Source of the DNA: Dehalococcoidia bacterium
GTDB lineage: Bacteria; Chloroflexota; Dehalococcoidia; Bin125
NCBI GenBank assembly: GCA_963662615.2
Contig: CAXXSR010000002.1
Coordinates: 1 to 64,000, forward strand
Length of the DNA stretch: 64,000 nucleotides
Direction: 5' to 3'
A program made the position numbers and the translations under genes. The notes beneath the pieces were generated by a model, which saw nothing but the letters and a program-made list of their open reading frames with translations, had not been told where the DNA came from and made no database searches. Every line of letters begins with the position of its first letter. Position 1 is the stretch's first letter. Below, piece by piece: positions 40,911 to 50,653 of the stretch.

Positions 40911-41591
40911 ATGCGCATCCTCGTCGTCGAAGATGAGCCGGACATCGCCGATTTCCTCTCCCGGGGCCTGCGTGAGGATGGCTACGCCGTCGACGTTGCC
41001 GTAAACGGAGGCGACGCGCTCGACTGCATTGCCTCGACGAACTTCGATGTCATCATCCTCGACATCATGCTGCCGGACCCCGACGGGCTCGAGGTCTGCC
41101 GTCGCCTGCGCGCGCGGCGAGTGCGCGCGCCGGTGCTCATGCTCACGGCGCGCGACACGACCGCTGATCGAGTAACCGGTCTCGACGCTGGAGCCGACGA
41201 CTATCTCGTCAAGCCCTTCGCCTTTGCGGAGCTACGGGCTCGCGTACGCGCTCTCTTGCGCCGGCCGCCTGACCTCGTCCCCACGACCCACGCGATTGCG
41301 AACATGGTTCTGGATCCACGGATGCGATCCTGTACGCGCGCCGGCTCTCCCATCGACCTCACCCCGAAGGAGTTCGCGATCCTGGAGCTTCTTGTTCGCA
41401 ACCCAGGACATGTTCTCACCCGCGAGATGCTGGCCGACCACGTGTGGGGCTACGACTTTGATGCCGAGTCCAACGTCATTGACGTGCATGTGCGCAACTT
41501 GCGCCGAAAGGTCGATGACGCCTTCCCCACGAAGCTCATCGAGACCGTACGCGGGGTTGGGTACCGCCTCGCCCTGCCGGAAGAGCCGTGA
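40911..41591 (+). CDS. OmpR-family response regulator
   Basis: MRILVVED, ILDIMLP, GADDYLVKPF, IETVRGVGY. Confidence 0.95.
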   Translation: MRILVVEDEPDIADFLSRGLREDGYAVDVAVNGGDALDCIASTNFDVIILDIMLPDPDGLEVCRRLRARRVRAPVLMLTARDTTADRVTGLDAGADDYLVKPFAFAELRARVRALLRRPPDLVPTTHAIANMVLDPRMRSCTRAGSPIDLTPKEFAILELLVRNPGHVLTREMLADHVWGYDFDAESNVIDVHVRNLRRKVDDAFPTKLIETVRGVGYRLALPEEP

Positions 41592-42997
41592 TCCTCGGGC
41601 GACGGTCATTCCGGGCCCGTGTCACGTTGTGGTACGTGGGGCTCCTGGGCCTCCTCCTGATCGCGCTCTCCTTCGCCATCTATCTCATCGTCCGTGACAC
41701 GTTGAATGAGTCGCTGGACGAAGACCTCGAGCGGCGAGTCGCGTTGGTGCAGGCGTCGGTCGTGATCGATGACGAAGGACCCACCCTCGCGAACGTGCCG
41801 CGCAACCTGGGCGACGATGCCGACGAGGCGTTCGTCAGAGTCTTCGGCTCCGCCGGCCAGTTGCGGGACTCGGACACCGAACTTGCGCGCCGCTTGCCGG
41901 TCGCAAAGGACCGGGTCGAAGCGGCGCTGGCCGGGCGCTCCCGGACGTACGAGGTTGACGGGGCCGGCGAGTCGTACCGCGTTACAGCCACACCCATCCG
42001 GGCCGGAACCAACGTCGTCGGGGCGCTTGAGGTCGGCATCAGCCGCAGTGACACCGACGAGGCGCTTGGCACTCTCCTGGTCGTTCTCCTGATCGCCGTG
42101 CCGGTTACGGTCGCCGTGGCGCTGCTGGGCGGGCTGCTGATCGCGGGTCGCGCCCTGCGGCCGATCATCGACATGACGAACCTCGCCCGGGGGATGTCGG
42201 TGGACGCATTGGACCAACGGCTCCACTACGACGGTCCCCATGACGAGCTCGGACACTTGGCCGATACCTTCGACCGCATGCTCGACCGACTTGACGCCGC
42301 CTTCCAGCGGCAGACACAGTTCACCGGCGATGCCGCCCATGAACTCCGCACGCCGCTGACCGCGATCCAAGGCCAGGTCGACGTCGCGCTCCAGCGCGAC
42401 CGCTCCGGCGACGAGTATCGGGACGTCCTCGGGCGAATCGGACACCAGGCGGGCCGTCTCACCCAGTTGGTGCGAGGCCTCCTCACGCTTGCGAGAGCGG
42501 ACGCCGGCCGGCAAGCCCTCCAATTCGAGCTTGTCGACCTTCCCAGCGTCATCCGCGAAGTCCTGGAAACAGCGCGACCAGAGGCCACGACGCGGGACAT
42601 CGATCTGCGCCTTGCGACCGTTCGGGATCCCTTCCCGATAAGCGCGGACCGACAGTTGATCGGACAGCTGCTCGACAACCTGGTGCGCAACGCACTGACC
42701 GTCACGCCTCCGGGCGGCACCGTCGAAATCTCCGTGGCGGAGGGGCCGGACGGGGTGGATCTCTCGGTTGCGGACACCGGCCCCGGCATCCCGGAGGACG
42801 ATCGCGAGCGCATCTTCGACCGGTTCTACCGTGTGGAGGCCGCGCGGAGCCGGCGGGATGGCGGAGCGGGGCTCGGACTCGCCATCTCTCGCTGGATCGC
42901 GGAAGCGCACGGAGGGTCGATCCACGCCCAAAACCGCCCCGGCGGGGGCGCCCGTTTCACGGTCCGCCTGCCCGCCGGAGGAGATCCGGCGCAATAG
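41588..42997 (+). CDS. HAMP sensor histidine kinase (CusS-like architecture)
   Basis: Two TM segments, HAMP, AHELRTPL, N box, DTGPGI, GLGL. Confidence 0.95.
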   Translation: MILGRRSFRARVTLWYVGLLGLLLIALSFAIYLIVRDTLNESLDEDLERRVALVQASVVIDDEGPTLANVPRNLGDDADEAFVRVFGSAGQLRDSDTELARRLPVAKDRVEAALAGRSRTYEVDGAGESYRVTATPIRAGTNVVGALEVGISRSDTDEALGTLLVVLLIAVPVTVAVALLGGLLIAGRALRPIIDMTNLARGMSVDALDQRLHYDGPHDELGHLADTFDRMLDRLDAAFQRQTQFTGDAAHELRTPLTAIQGQVDVALQRDRSGDEYRDVLGRIGHQAGRLTQLVRGLLTLARADAGRQALQFELVDLPSVIREVLETARPEATTRDIDLRLATVRDPFPISADRQLIGQLLDNLVRNALTVTPPGGTVEISVAEGPDGVDLSVADTGPGIPEDDRERIFDRFYRVEAARSRRDGGAGLGLAISRWIAEAHGGSIHAQNRPGGGARFTVRLPAGGDPAQ

Positions 42998-43014
42998 GCG
43001 GGGCGCCCACACGT

Positions 43015-43032
43015 CTTCATCAAGGCTTCATC
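43015..43032 (+). promoter_or_regulatory. Second CTTCATC-N4-CTTCATC site, upstream of the PepSY gene
   Basis: CTTCATCAAGGCTTCATC. Confidence 0.6.
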
Positions 43033-43194
43033 TTGTCCCGCAACGATCGTGGGCGCCGAATGCTGAAGAGTTCAGCCTTGTCGGGTCAGGGGTCGAACTG
43101 ATTGAAGTTGAGGTGCTGACGGAGAGACGGGGCGAGTCGAGATGGTGAGTTCCGAACCGGCCGAGTGATACGGTTCAGTAGGGAAGGGACGAGC

Positions 43195-43533
43195 ATGAAC
43201 CGAAGAATCGTTGGCATCGTGGCGGCAACAGCGCTCGTGGCGGGCGGCGTCAGCGGCGGCGTGATCGCGGCTCAGCGCGGTGGTGGTGACGACAACGAGC
43301 CTCCGATCACTGGCGAGGCCCTCGAACGCGCGACCAGAGCGGCCCTCGACTACATGGGCGGGGGCAGGGTGACAGAGACCGAAGTCGGCGACGAAGACAG
43401 CTTTTACGAGGTTGAGGTCACGCTCGACGACGGACGCCAGTACGACGTCCAGCTCGACCGGAACTTCAAGGTCCTCTACGGCGAGGCCGACGACGACGGT
43501 CCCGGTGGCGAGGATGCCGACGGCGACGACTAG
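43195..43533 (+). CDS. Secreted PepSY-domain protein
   Basis: Signal peptide; AALDYMGGGRVTETE...YEVEV...DVQLD. Confidence 0.85.
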   Translation: MNRRIVGIVAATALVAGGVSGGVIAAQRGGGDDNEPPITGEALERATRAALDYMGGGRVTETEVGDEDSFYEVEVTLDDGRQYDVQLDRNFKVLYGEADDDGPGGEDADGDD

Positions 43534-43588
43534 CCCGGCGCCCGAGTTGGCGCTCCGCCATCGGCGTCGGTTCGCACGCCCCGCGTCG

Positions 43589-44515
43589 TCACCATAGAAA
43601 AGCGACGGCCAGGAGCGCGCCGAAGAGCAGGTGGAGCTGCGCGGTCAGCTTGAGGATGGCGTTGAGCGAACGCCCGCTCGCGCCGCCGCGCACGCGCCCG
43701 ACCAAGTAGAGGCCCAACGGCAGAGCGATGCCGGTCTCCAGCGACCACCAGGGCAACAGGTCGGCGGAGGCGAAGATGGGCGCCAACGCGAACGCTCCCA
43801 GCACGAACAGTTGATACTGCAAGCGCGTCCTCGACGGCCCCAGGATCACCGCCAGGGTGCGCTTGCCGCTGCGACGGTCGCCGTCGATATCGCGGAGGTT
43901 GTTGACGACCAGGATGGCGGTCACGAGCAATCCCACCGGCAGCGCCGCCGCGAATGCCTCCCACGTCAGCTCCTCCACCTGGACGTAGGCGCTTCCCATG
44001 ACGGCAACTAGGCCAAAGAAGATGAAGACGAAGAGATCGCCCAGGCCGCGATAGCCGTAGGGCCAGGGCCCGCCCGTGTAGGCGATCGCGGCGAGGACGG
44101 CAGCGACGCCGACAACGACGATCGGCCAGCCCACCACGACGGTCAGGTAAGCGCCCGCGCCCGCCGCTGCGGCGAAAGCGAGCGCCATGGCGCCGCGTAT
44201 CTGCGCCGGCGTCACCAGGCCCGCCTGCGTCGCGCGGGTTGGCCCCAGCCGGTCCGCTCGGTCCGCGCCCCTCTTGAAATCGAACAGGTCGTTGGCGAAG
44301 TTCGCGCCGATCTGGAGGAGGATGGCGGCGGCGAGCGTGGCGGCGAAGGGGCCGACCCGGAGGTCGGCATCGGCCGTCGCCTGGGCTGTGCCGACGAGCA
44401 CCGGCGCGATGGCGGCGGGGAGCGTCGCCGGCCGGGCGGCAAGGAGCCAAACGCGCCACCCCTGCCCTCGCCAGCGCCAGAGGGCGGGTCGTCGGCGGGC
44501 CGCTCGGCGCAGCAT
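43589..44515 (-). CDS. menA: 1,4-dihydroxy-2-naphthoate prenyltransferase
   Basis: ARPATLPAA, NFANDLFDFKRGAD, YTGGP, NNLRDIDGD..GKRTL. Confidence 0.93.
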   Translation of the reverse strand: MLRRAARRRPALWRWRGQGWRVWLLAARPATLPAAIAPVLVGTAQATADADLRVGPFAATLAAAILLQIGANFANDLFDFKRGADRADRLGPTRATQAGLVTPAQIRGAMALAFAAAAGAGAYLTVVVGWPIVVVGVAAVLAAIAYTGGPWPYGYRGLGDLFVFIFFGLVAVMGSAYVQVEELTWEAFAAALPVGLLVTAILVVNNLRDIDGDRRSGKRTLAVILGPSRTRLQYQLFVLGAFALAPIFASADLLPWWSLETGIALPLGLYLVGRVRGGASGRSLNAILKLTAQLHLLFGALLAVAFLW

Positions 44516-44524
44516 GGTCAGCGC

Positions 44525-45343
44525 CTAGGGAAGACGCGGAAACTTGGAGAAGTCCGGCTTGCGCCTCTCCAGGAACGCATTCCGGCCCTCCTTCGACTCG
44601 TCTGTGAGATAGAAGAGGAGAGTGGCGTCGCCGGCGAGCTGCTGGAGGCCGGCCAGGCCGTCCGTATCGGCGTTGAACGCTGCCTTCAGGAAGCGCAGGG
44701 CGGTGGCGCTCATCTGCAGGATCTCGCGGCACCACTGCACCGTCTCCTCCTCCAGCCGGGCCAGAGGCACCACGGTGTTGACCAACCCCATCTCGCGGGC
44801 TTCCTCCGCCGTGTACTGCCGGCAGAGGAACCAGATCTCGCGGGCCTTCTTATGCCCGACGGTGCGAGCGAGCAACGCGGCTCCGTAGCCCGCATCGAAG
44901 CTGCCCACTTTCGGCCCCGTCTGCCCGAAGCGGGCGTTGTCCGCGGCGATGGTGAGGTCACAGACCAAATGGAGCACCTGGCCGCCGCCGATGGCGTAAC
45001 CGGCAACCATGGCGATGACCGGCTTCGGCAGCGTGCGGATCTGTCGCTGCAACTCCAGCACGTTAAGGCGCGGCACGCGGTCCTCCCCCACGTAGCCCCC
45101 CTCGCCACGGACGCGCTGGTCGCCGCCGGAGCAGAACGCCTCATTCCCAGCCCCGGTCAGGATGATCACCCCGACCGTCGAATCCTCATGGGCGTGATGA
45201 AAGGCATGCTGAAGTTCAAAGAGCGTCTCGGGGCGGAAGGCGTTGCGGACCTCGGGCCGGTTGATCGTGATCTTGGCGATGCCCTCCGCCGTCGCATAGA
45301 GGATGTCCTCGTACTCGCCTTGGGCTTGCCAGCTGACAGCCAC
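44525..45343 (-). CDS. menB: 1,4-dihydroxy-2-naphthoyl-CoA synthase
   Basis: [30 protein letters not shown]. Confidence 0.96.
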   Translation of the reverse strand: MAVSWQAQGEYEDILYATAEGIAKITINRPEVRNAFRPETLFELQHAFHHAHEDSTVGVIILTGAGNEAFCSGGDQRVRGEGGYVGEDRVPRLNVLELQRQIRTLPKPVIAMVAGYAIGGGQVLHLVCDLTIAADNARFGQTGPKVGSFDAGYGAALLARTVGHKKAREIWFLCRQYTAEEAREMGLVNTVVPLARLEEETVQWCREILQMSATALRFLKAAFNADTDGLAGLQQLAGDATLLFYLTDESKEGRNAFLERRKPDFSKFPRLP

Positions 45344-45354
45344 GGGACACCCCC

Positions 45355-46005
45355 TCACGTGCCGGAGCTACGCCTCGCTCCCCTGACGGGAATGGCGGGG
45401 GCCGCGCCCGGAAGTTCGGCCCCTATGCTGCGCAGGAGCAGGAGTCGCAAGCTGGCGTGCGTCGCTTCGAGCGGGGCTCGCTGCGGCACGGTGACCCAGC
45501 GCAGGACGACGCTGTACAGCGCTCCCATCCAGGCCCGGGCGGCCAGGGCGGTGTCCAGCGGCTCAATGGCGCCGTCCTCTACGGCGAGATCCAGTTGCTC
45601 TTGGATCATCGCCGCGAATTCATCCTGAATGGCGGTCACGCGGGCATGAAACGGCCGCCCAGCACCCACCGCCTCAACGGCGAAGACCCTGGCCAGGGTG
45701 CCATGTCTCGCCATGGTTTGCAGAAGCACCGTCAGCGCCGCGTCCGCTCTGGCCACCGGCTCCCGCTCGGCCGCGATCGCGGCTTCGACCTTGCCGCGAA
45801 GCAGAGCGGCGGTGTGGTCCAGAAGGGCGAGAAGGATGGCCTCTTTGCCGGGGAAGTGAAAATACACGCCGCCTTTGGATGTGGCTGCCTCTCGCGCGAT
45901 CTCGTCAACCGCGGCATCGCGGTAACCGCGCCGCGCGATCACGGAGGCAGCGGCGCGAAGGATTCGTTGCTGGCGCGTGCGAGCGCGCGCTTGTTGCACG
46001 GTCAT
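45355..46005 (-). CDS. TetR-family regulator
   Basis: ILRAA..VIARRGY...VDEIA...[13 protein letters not shown]. Confidence 0.93.
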   Translation of the reverse strand: MTVQQARARTRQQRILRAAASVIARRGYRDAAVDEIAREAATSKGGVYFHFPGKEAILLALLDHTAALLRGKVEAAIAAEREPVARADAALTVLLQTMARHGTLARVFAVEAVGAGRPFHARVTAIQDEFAAMIQEQLDLAVEDGAIEPLDTALAARAWMGALYSVVLRWVTVPQRAPLEATHASLRLLLLRSIGAELPGAAPAIPVRGARRSSGT

Positions 46006-46030
46006 GAATGCAGACTGCTCAACGGCTCAG

Positions 46031-46060
46031 AGCAAAACCGACTCGGAGGTCGGTTTTGCT
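46031..46060. promoter_or_regulatory. Perfect 12-6-12 palindrome, candidate TetR operator
   Basis: AGCAAAACCGAC-TCGGAG-GTCGGTTTTGCT between divergent tetR and menG. Confidence 0.65.
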
Positions 46061-46129
46061 ACGCTAGCAAACGCCCCCAAGCAGAACAAGCCTGGCGGGT
46101 GCGCGCACAGCCCTGAGGGAGGCGAACGC

Positions 46130-46861
46130 ATGCAGGCGCACGAGCAGCAAGCTCAAGCGACGCCCATGCGTGCGGCCCAGATTCGGGCGATGTTTGACCG
46201 CATCGTCCCGCGCTATGACCTGATGAACCGTGTCATGACGGCGGGGATGGACGGACGCTGGCGCCGTCGGACAGCCGTCGCGGCCGCTCCTCAGGGCGCG
46301 CTGGTCCTGGATCTGGGCACGGGCACCGGCGATCTGGCGCGCGAATTACGGCGCGCCGGCGCCCGCCGTGTCATCGCCGCTGATTTCGCCCGGCTCATGT
46401 TGATGGACGGCCGCCGCAAGAAAGGCCTCGGGCCTGGCGACGCCGTGACCTGGGTGCAGGCCGACGCGCTACGACTCCCCTTCGCCGACGAGAGCTTTGA
46501 TGCGGTCACCAGCGGATTCCTGCTGCGCAATCTGGTGGACCTGCCTGCGGGGTTCGTGGAGATGGTGCGAATGCTGAAGCCGGGCGGCCGTCTCGTCGCC
46601 CTCGATATCACGCATCCGCCGCCGGGACCGCTGGGCGCGAGCCTACAGTTCAGCTTCAATCGCATCGTGACTCCGTTGGCGGGAGCCCTCAGCGGCGACC
46701 GAGCGGCCTACCGCTACCTTTCCGGCTCGCTGGCCGGGTTTCCCCCCGCGCCCGATCTCGCGGCGATCATGGAGGGCGCCGGCCTTGTCGATGTGGGATT
46801 CAATCGCTTGGGCCTCGGCGCGATGGCGCTCCACCGCGGGCGCAAGCCCCTCCCGGCGTAA
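46130..46861 (+). CDS. menG: Demethylmenaquinone methyltransferase (MenG/UbiE)
   Basis: MFDRIVPRYDLMN, LDLGTGTGD, DALRLPF, LRN, AYRYL. Confidence 0.92.
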   Translation: MQAHEQQAQATPMRAAQIRAMFDRIVPRYDLMNRVMTAGMDGRWRRRTAVAAAPQGALVLDLGTGTGDLARELRRAGARRVIAADFARLMLMDGRRKKGLGPGDAVTWVQADALRLPFADESFDAVTSGFLLRNLVDLPAGFVEMVRMLKPGGRLVALDITHPPPGPLGASLQFSFNRIVTPLAGALSGDRAAYRYLSGSLAGFPPAPDLAAIMEGAGLVDVGFNRLGLGAMALHRGRKPLPA

Positions 46862-46903
46862 GTGCAATTCCAGCCGTGCACCGCTTCGCGGTGGCGGGCC
46901 CGG

Positions 46904-47590
46904 CTAAGGTTCGAGCGTGTGGCCGCCGATCGCTGAATCGAGAATGGCGGTCAGAGCCGCCGGCGGCTCCCCGCGGGTTGCACGGATGAGAAGCACGCGC
47001 CGCCCGCTCCCGCGGATGAGCCGGCCTCCCCAGCGACTGCCGACCCGCGCTCCGGGCGAAAGCCTGGTGAGGACCCGAAGCGAGAAGCCGGCCTCCGCGA
47101 GCGCAGGGACCAGCGTCTCATGCAGCCCGTCCAACGTATTCGGTGGCAGCCCCGCCACCTCCACATCGCTGTTGAGCAGGAGCTGAAGCAGACAGGAGGG
47201 CGCGGCCAGCTGCCGCAGCGCAGCGATCAGGGTCGCGTCGCCCAGAGCGACGTGCCGGAGCAAGGCCGCCCAGGGAAAATTGATCGTGATCATGTGCGCC
47301 GCGCCCACCAGCTCAGCCGGCGGCAACTCCACGGACCCCACGACGTACAGCACGTTGTCGCGCCCGCCGCGTGCCGGCTTGCGCTGCGAACGACGAGCGT
47401 ACTCCGCCATCGTGGCGCGGTTCGGGTCCAGGCCCACGCAGAGCATGTCTGGCCGCTCGCGTCCGACACGGTACGAGAACGCGCCGTCGCCGCAGCCCAC
47501 ATCCATAAGGACGATGGGATAGCGCCCGCTCAGGTCAGCGAACGCCTCTGCGTCCATCTCCTCGGTCGTGCGGCCGGTGACAACCTGCAG
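46904..47590 (-). CDS. 16S rRNA m1A1408 methyltransferase-like protein (NpmA/KamB family); probable CTG start at 47590
   Basis: LQVVTGR..., DVGCGDG, RKPARGG..NVLYV, INFPW, SRWGGRL. Confidence 0.75.
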   Translation of the reverse strand: MQVVTGRTTEEMDAEAFADLSGRYPIVLMDVGCGDGAFSYRVGRERPDMLCVGLDPNRATMAEYARRSQRKPARGGRDNVLYVVGSVELPPAELVGAAHMITINFPWAALLRHVALGDATLIAALRQLAAPSCLLQLLLNSDVEVAGLPPNTLDGLHETLVPALAEAGFSLRVLTRLSPGARVGSRWGGRLIRGSGRRVLLIRATRGEPPAALTAILDSAIGGHTLEP

Positions 47591-47789
47591 CGGAAACTCC
47601 CAACGGGCCCCGGCACATGCGGCGACCTAGGCCTATCGTAGGCGCACGACTACGTCCCCACGTGGTCCTGACACGCTTCCGGGTTGACCGCTGGAACGAA
47701 CAGGGCGAGAGTGCTCTGCATCACGACGTGGATCCCACGCCGTCGCGGATCGATTCCGCGCGACGGACCACAGGAGAGGGAAACGCACC

Positions 47790-47927
47790 ATGGCGCAAGC
47801 TCAAGAGAAGAGTCTGATGCGGCGCGTGCATGACAGCACGTGTCCGGGAGCGTTCGCCAACTTCAAACCCATGCAGAAAGTGTGTCCGGTCTGCCGGGCG
47901 GACGCGGCCAACCGCGCCGGCGGCTGA
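47790..47927 (+). CDS. 45-aa putative zinc-binding small protein (below the ORF-track cutoff)
   Basis: GGAGAGGG RBS; MAQAQEKSLMRRVHDSTCPGAFANFKPMQKVCPVCRADAANRAGG*. Confidence 0.55.
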   Translation: MAQAQEKSLMRRVHDSTCPGAFANFKPMQKVCPVCRADAANRAGG

Positions 47928-48049
47928 TCGTCCGGGTGAGCGGCGGCTCCCGGGGGCGACGCACGCCCGGGTCCGAGCAGCGACGTTCCCGGCGCTGCGC
48001 GGACGCTGCGCTGTCGCACAGACGTGCGCAACCCTCCCGGCCACGCGGC

Positions 48050-48973
48050 TCACTCCCCCCGCCAGAGAAGGCGCCGCATTGCGGCCAGCCGGCCCTGCTG
48101 TTCGCGCAAGTCCGCGGCGAGCTGGGGCAACGTGGCAGGATTGCCGGCTGCAAGGCTATCGTTCCAGGACCGCAGCTCGGTGAGAGGAGGCGGCCGCTCG
48201 TCGCCCCCGGCGAGGCGCTCTAGCGGACGCCAGGCGCCGCGGCGCCGCGACCGCACGTGTACCGCGGCGCCCGCCTCCCCGCAGATCACGACTCCGCCCG
48301 CGACGTCCCAGACCTTCGCCCCCTCGAACACGCTCATCTGCAACGTTCCTTCGGCCGTCAAGACGAGCTCCGCGGCGATGCTCCCAGTGGTCCGAGTGCA
48401 GCCGAATCGCCGCCCGCGCGGCCCCTGGACCCCGCGTGTGCCGGCGGGGACGGCGCTGAGGCGCACGCCGGGATTCAAGCCGCTGGGGCGGAACCGCACT
48501 GCCTCATCCTCGCGCGTCTCGCCCAGCGTTCGGAACGAGGCGCCGCCGCCGCGTCGCGCGTGATACACGCCCGGCCGAAGATGGCGGCTCGTGGGCAGGA
48601 AGACCGCACCCACCACCGGGATCCCGCGCCAGAGCAGACCCAGCGAGCAGGCGAAGACGGCGAGGCCGTTGAGGAAGTTCACGGTTCCGTCCAGGGGGTC
48701 CACCACCCAGACCGAATCGGCGCCGGCCGGCCCACTGTCGTCCCCCTCCTCGCCCAAGACGGCACACTGCGGAAACCGCTTCGTCAGTTCCGCCCGCACC
48801 ATCGCCTCAACCGCACGATCCACATCGCTGACGGGGTCCAGCCCCCGACGATCCTTGAATTCGACATGGAGCGTGGAGCGAAACCGCTCCAACAGGACCT
48901 CGCCCGCCCTCCCAGCGATTTCGCAGGCAGCTTCCTCCATCTCCCTGAGCACGGCGTCTGCTGGGATAGCCAT
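48050..48973 (-). CDS. Inositol monophosphatase-family protein
   Basis: LGEE, WVVDPLDGTVNF, WDVAGG. Confidence 0.92.
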   Translation of the reverse strand: MAIPADAVLREMEEAACEIAGRAGEVLLERFRSTLHVEFKDRRGLDPVSDVDRAVEAMVRAELTKRFPQCAVLGEEGDDSGPAGADSVWVVDPLDGTVNFLNGLAVFACSLGLLWRGIPVVGAVFLPTSRHLRPGVYHARRGGGASFRTLGETREDEAVRFRPSGLNPGVRLSAVPAGTRGVQGPRGRRFGCTRTTGSIAAELVLTAEGTLQMSVFEGAKVWDVAGGVVICGEAGAAVHVRSRRRGAWRPLERLAGGDERPPPLTELRSWNDSLAAGNPATLPQLAADLREQQGRLAAMRRLLWRGE

Positions 48974-49088
48974 GCCGCCATCCTACCCCGCCCCCAGGGG
49001 CGTCACTGCGGCGCACTGCGCCACCGAGCGCCGCTGGCGTAGACTGCAAGCACAAGGTCCGAGACTCCGGAGAGAGGCAGGGGGCAGG

Positions 49089-50309
49089 ATGCCCGATCCA
49101 AGATCGCCGGCCCAGCCCGCGATCCGCGCTCGAGCGAGCGCGACCGCCGCGTCGGCGAGCGGTTCGGCTTCGCTGCACAGCGGCGAGAGCTGGGAGACGG
49201 CAACGGAGGCGGTCCTGGCGGACTTGGCCTCGGATACTGCGCCGGACCTGCTCATTGTCTTCGTCGATTCGCGCTTCGGGGCGCATTACGCGGACGTCAT
49301 TGAGCGCCTGCAAACGCGCACGGGCGCGCGGAATCTCGTCGGGTGTAGCGGCCAGGGGGTCATTGGGTCCGCCGTGGAAGCGGAGGACAGCCCCGCCGTC
49401 TCAGCGCTGGCGCTCTGTCTGCCGGAGGCGACGATGACGCCGCTGGCCATCACGCCCGGAGCGAGCGACGAGCACGGCATCAACGCGCAGGTCGCCGCCG
49501 GGCCTTCGGTGTGGCTCCTGTTCGCGGACCCCTACTCCGTCCACACGGAGAATCTGGTTGCCGAACTCCAGGGCCAGACGCCCGACATCATCTTGTTGGG
49601 AGGCATGGCGTCCGCGCACGACCAGGCGGCGGGCACCGCCCTGTTCCTCGACGGGCAGGTGCACAATCGCGGCGCGGTGCTCTTGGGCATCGGCGACGTA
49701 GAGGTGCACAGCATCGTGGCGCAGGGGGCGGAGCCGCTCGGCCGTCCCCTCACCATCACCGAGTGCGAGGAGAACGTGGTGCGGACCGTCGGATCACGGC
49801 CGGCGCTGGAAGTGTTGCGCGACACGCTGGCGGAGCTGGATGAAGGCACACGGCAGCGCGCCCTGCAGAACCTGCTCGTCGGCATCGCCATGGATGAATA
49901 TCAGGCGGAGCACGGCCGCGGCGACTACTTGATTCGCAACATCTTGGGGGCGGACCACGACACCGGTGCCATCGCAATCAACGCCCTCCCCCGGACCGGG
50001 CAAACGTTCCAGTTCCAGTTCCGCGACGCGCGAGCGGCCGACCAGGACCTGCGGCAGCATCTCGCTGATTTCAAGCACCGTTTGGGCGACGATCGGGCAG
50101 TCGTGGGCGCCGTCCTCTGCGCCTGCAACGGCCGCGGCCAAGGGCTGTTCGGGGAGCCCAGCCACGATGCGCGCGCCCTCGCCGAGGCGCTGGGGCCCGT
50201 GCCCACGGTGGGGCTGTTCTGCAACGGCGAGGTCGGCCCGGTCGGCGGCGCGACCTTCGTACACGGCTTCACGGCCAGCATCGCATTGCTGACGGCGGCG
50301 CGGGCGTAA
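49089..50309 (+). CDS. FIST-domain protein
   Basis: LVGCSGQGVIG, ADPYS, GGMAS, VAQG, CNGRG, GLFCNGEVGP, HGFTAS. Confidence 0.9.
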   Translation: MPDPRSPAQPAIRARASATAASASGSASLHSGESWETATEAVLADLASDTAPDLLIVFVDSRFGAHYADVIERLQTRTGARNLVGCSGQGVIGSAVEAEDSPAVSALALCLPEATMTPLAITPGASDEHGINAQVAAGPSVWLLFADPYSVHTENLVAELQGQTPDIILLGGMASAHDQAAGTALFLDGQVHNRGAVLLGIGDVEVHSIVAQGAEPLGRPLTITECEENVVRTVGSRPALEVLRDTLAELDEGTRQRALQNLLVGIAMDEYQAEHGRGDYLIRNILGADHDTGAIAINALPRTGQTFQFQFRDARAADQDLRQHLADFKHRLGDDRAVVGAVLCACNGRGQGLFGEPSHDARALAEALGPVPTVGLFCNGEVGPVGGATFVHGFTASIALLTAARA

Positions 50310-50340
50310 CGCGCCTCCTGCGCAGGCGGCAGCAGCGCCG

Positions 50341-50610
50341 CTAGCGCCCGCCGCCGCTGATGGCGGAGACAATCACGACCTCCGCGTCCGCGGGCACCGG
50401 CTCCACGAGGCCGGACGAGATGATGTCGCCGTTGACGGCAATGGAGATCTCCGGCCGGATCATCCCGCTGTCGATGATGAGCGCTTTCGTCCCGGGGTGT
50501 TGCGCCTCCAGGGCGTTGACGACCTGCCGCAGCGTGCTGCCGTCCACCTCCACGCGGTCCCGGCCGCCGGTCAGCTCACGCATGACCGAGGGGATGAGCA
50601 CGGTCACCAT
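50341..50610 (-). CDS. MoaD/ThiS-family sulfur carrier
   Basis: Ubiquitin-like size; ends AISGGGR. Confidence 0.85.
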   Translation of the reverse strand: MVTVLIPSVMRELTGGRDRVEVDGSTLRQVVNALEAQHPGTKALIIDSGMIRPEISIAVNGDIISSGLVEPVPADAEVVIVSAISGGGR

Positions 50611-50653
50611 CGGCCCGGACCCTCATCTCCCCGCACCCGCGAAGAGGAGCGCG

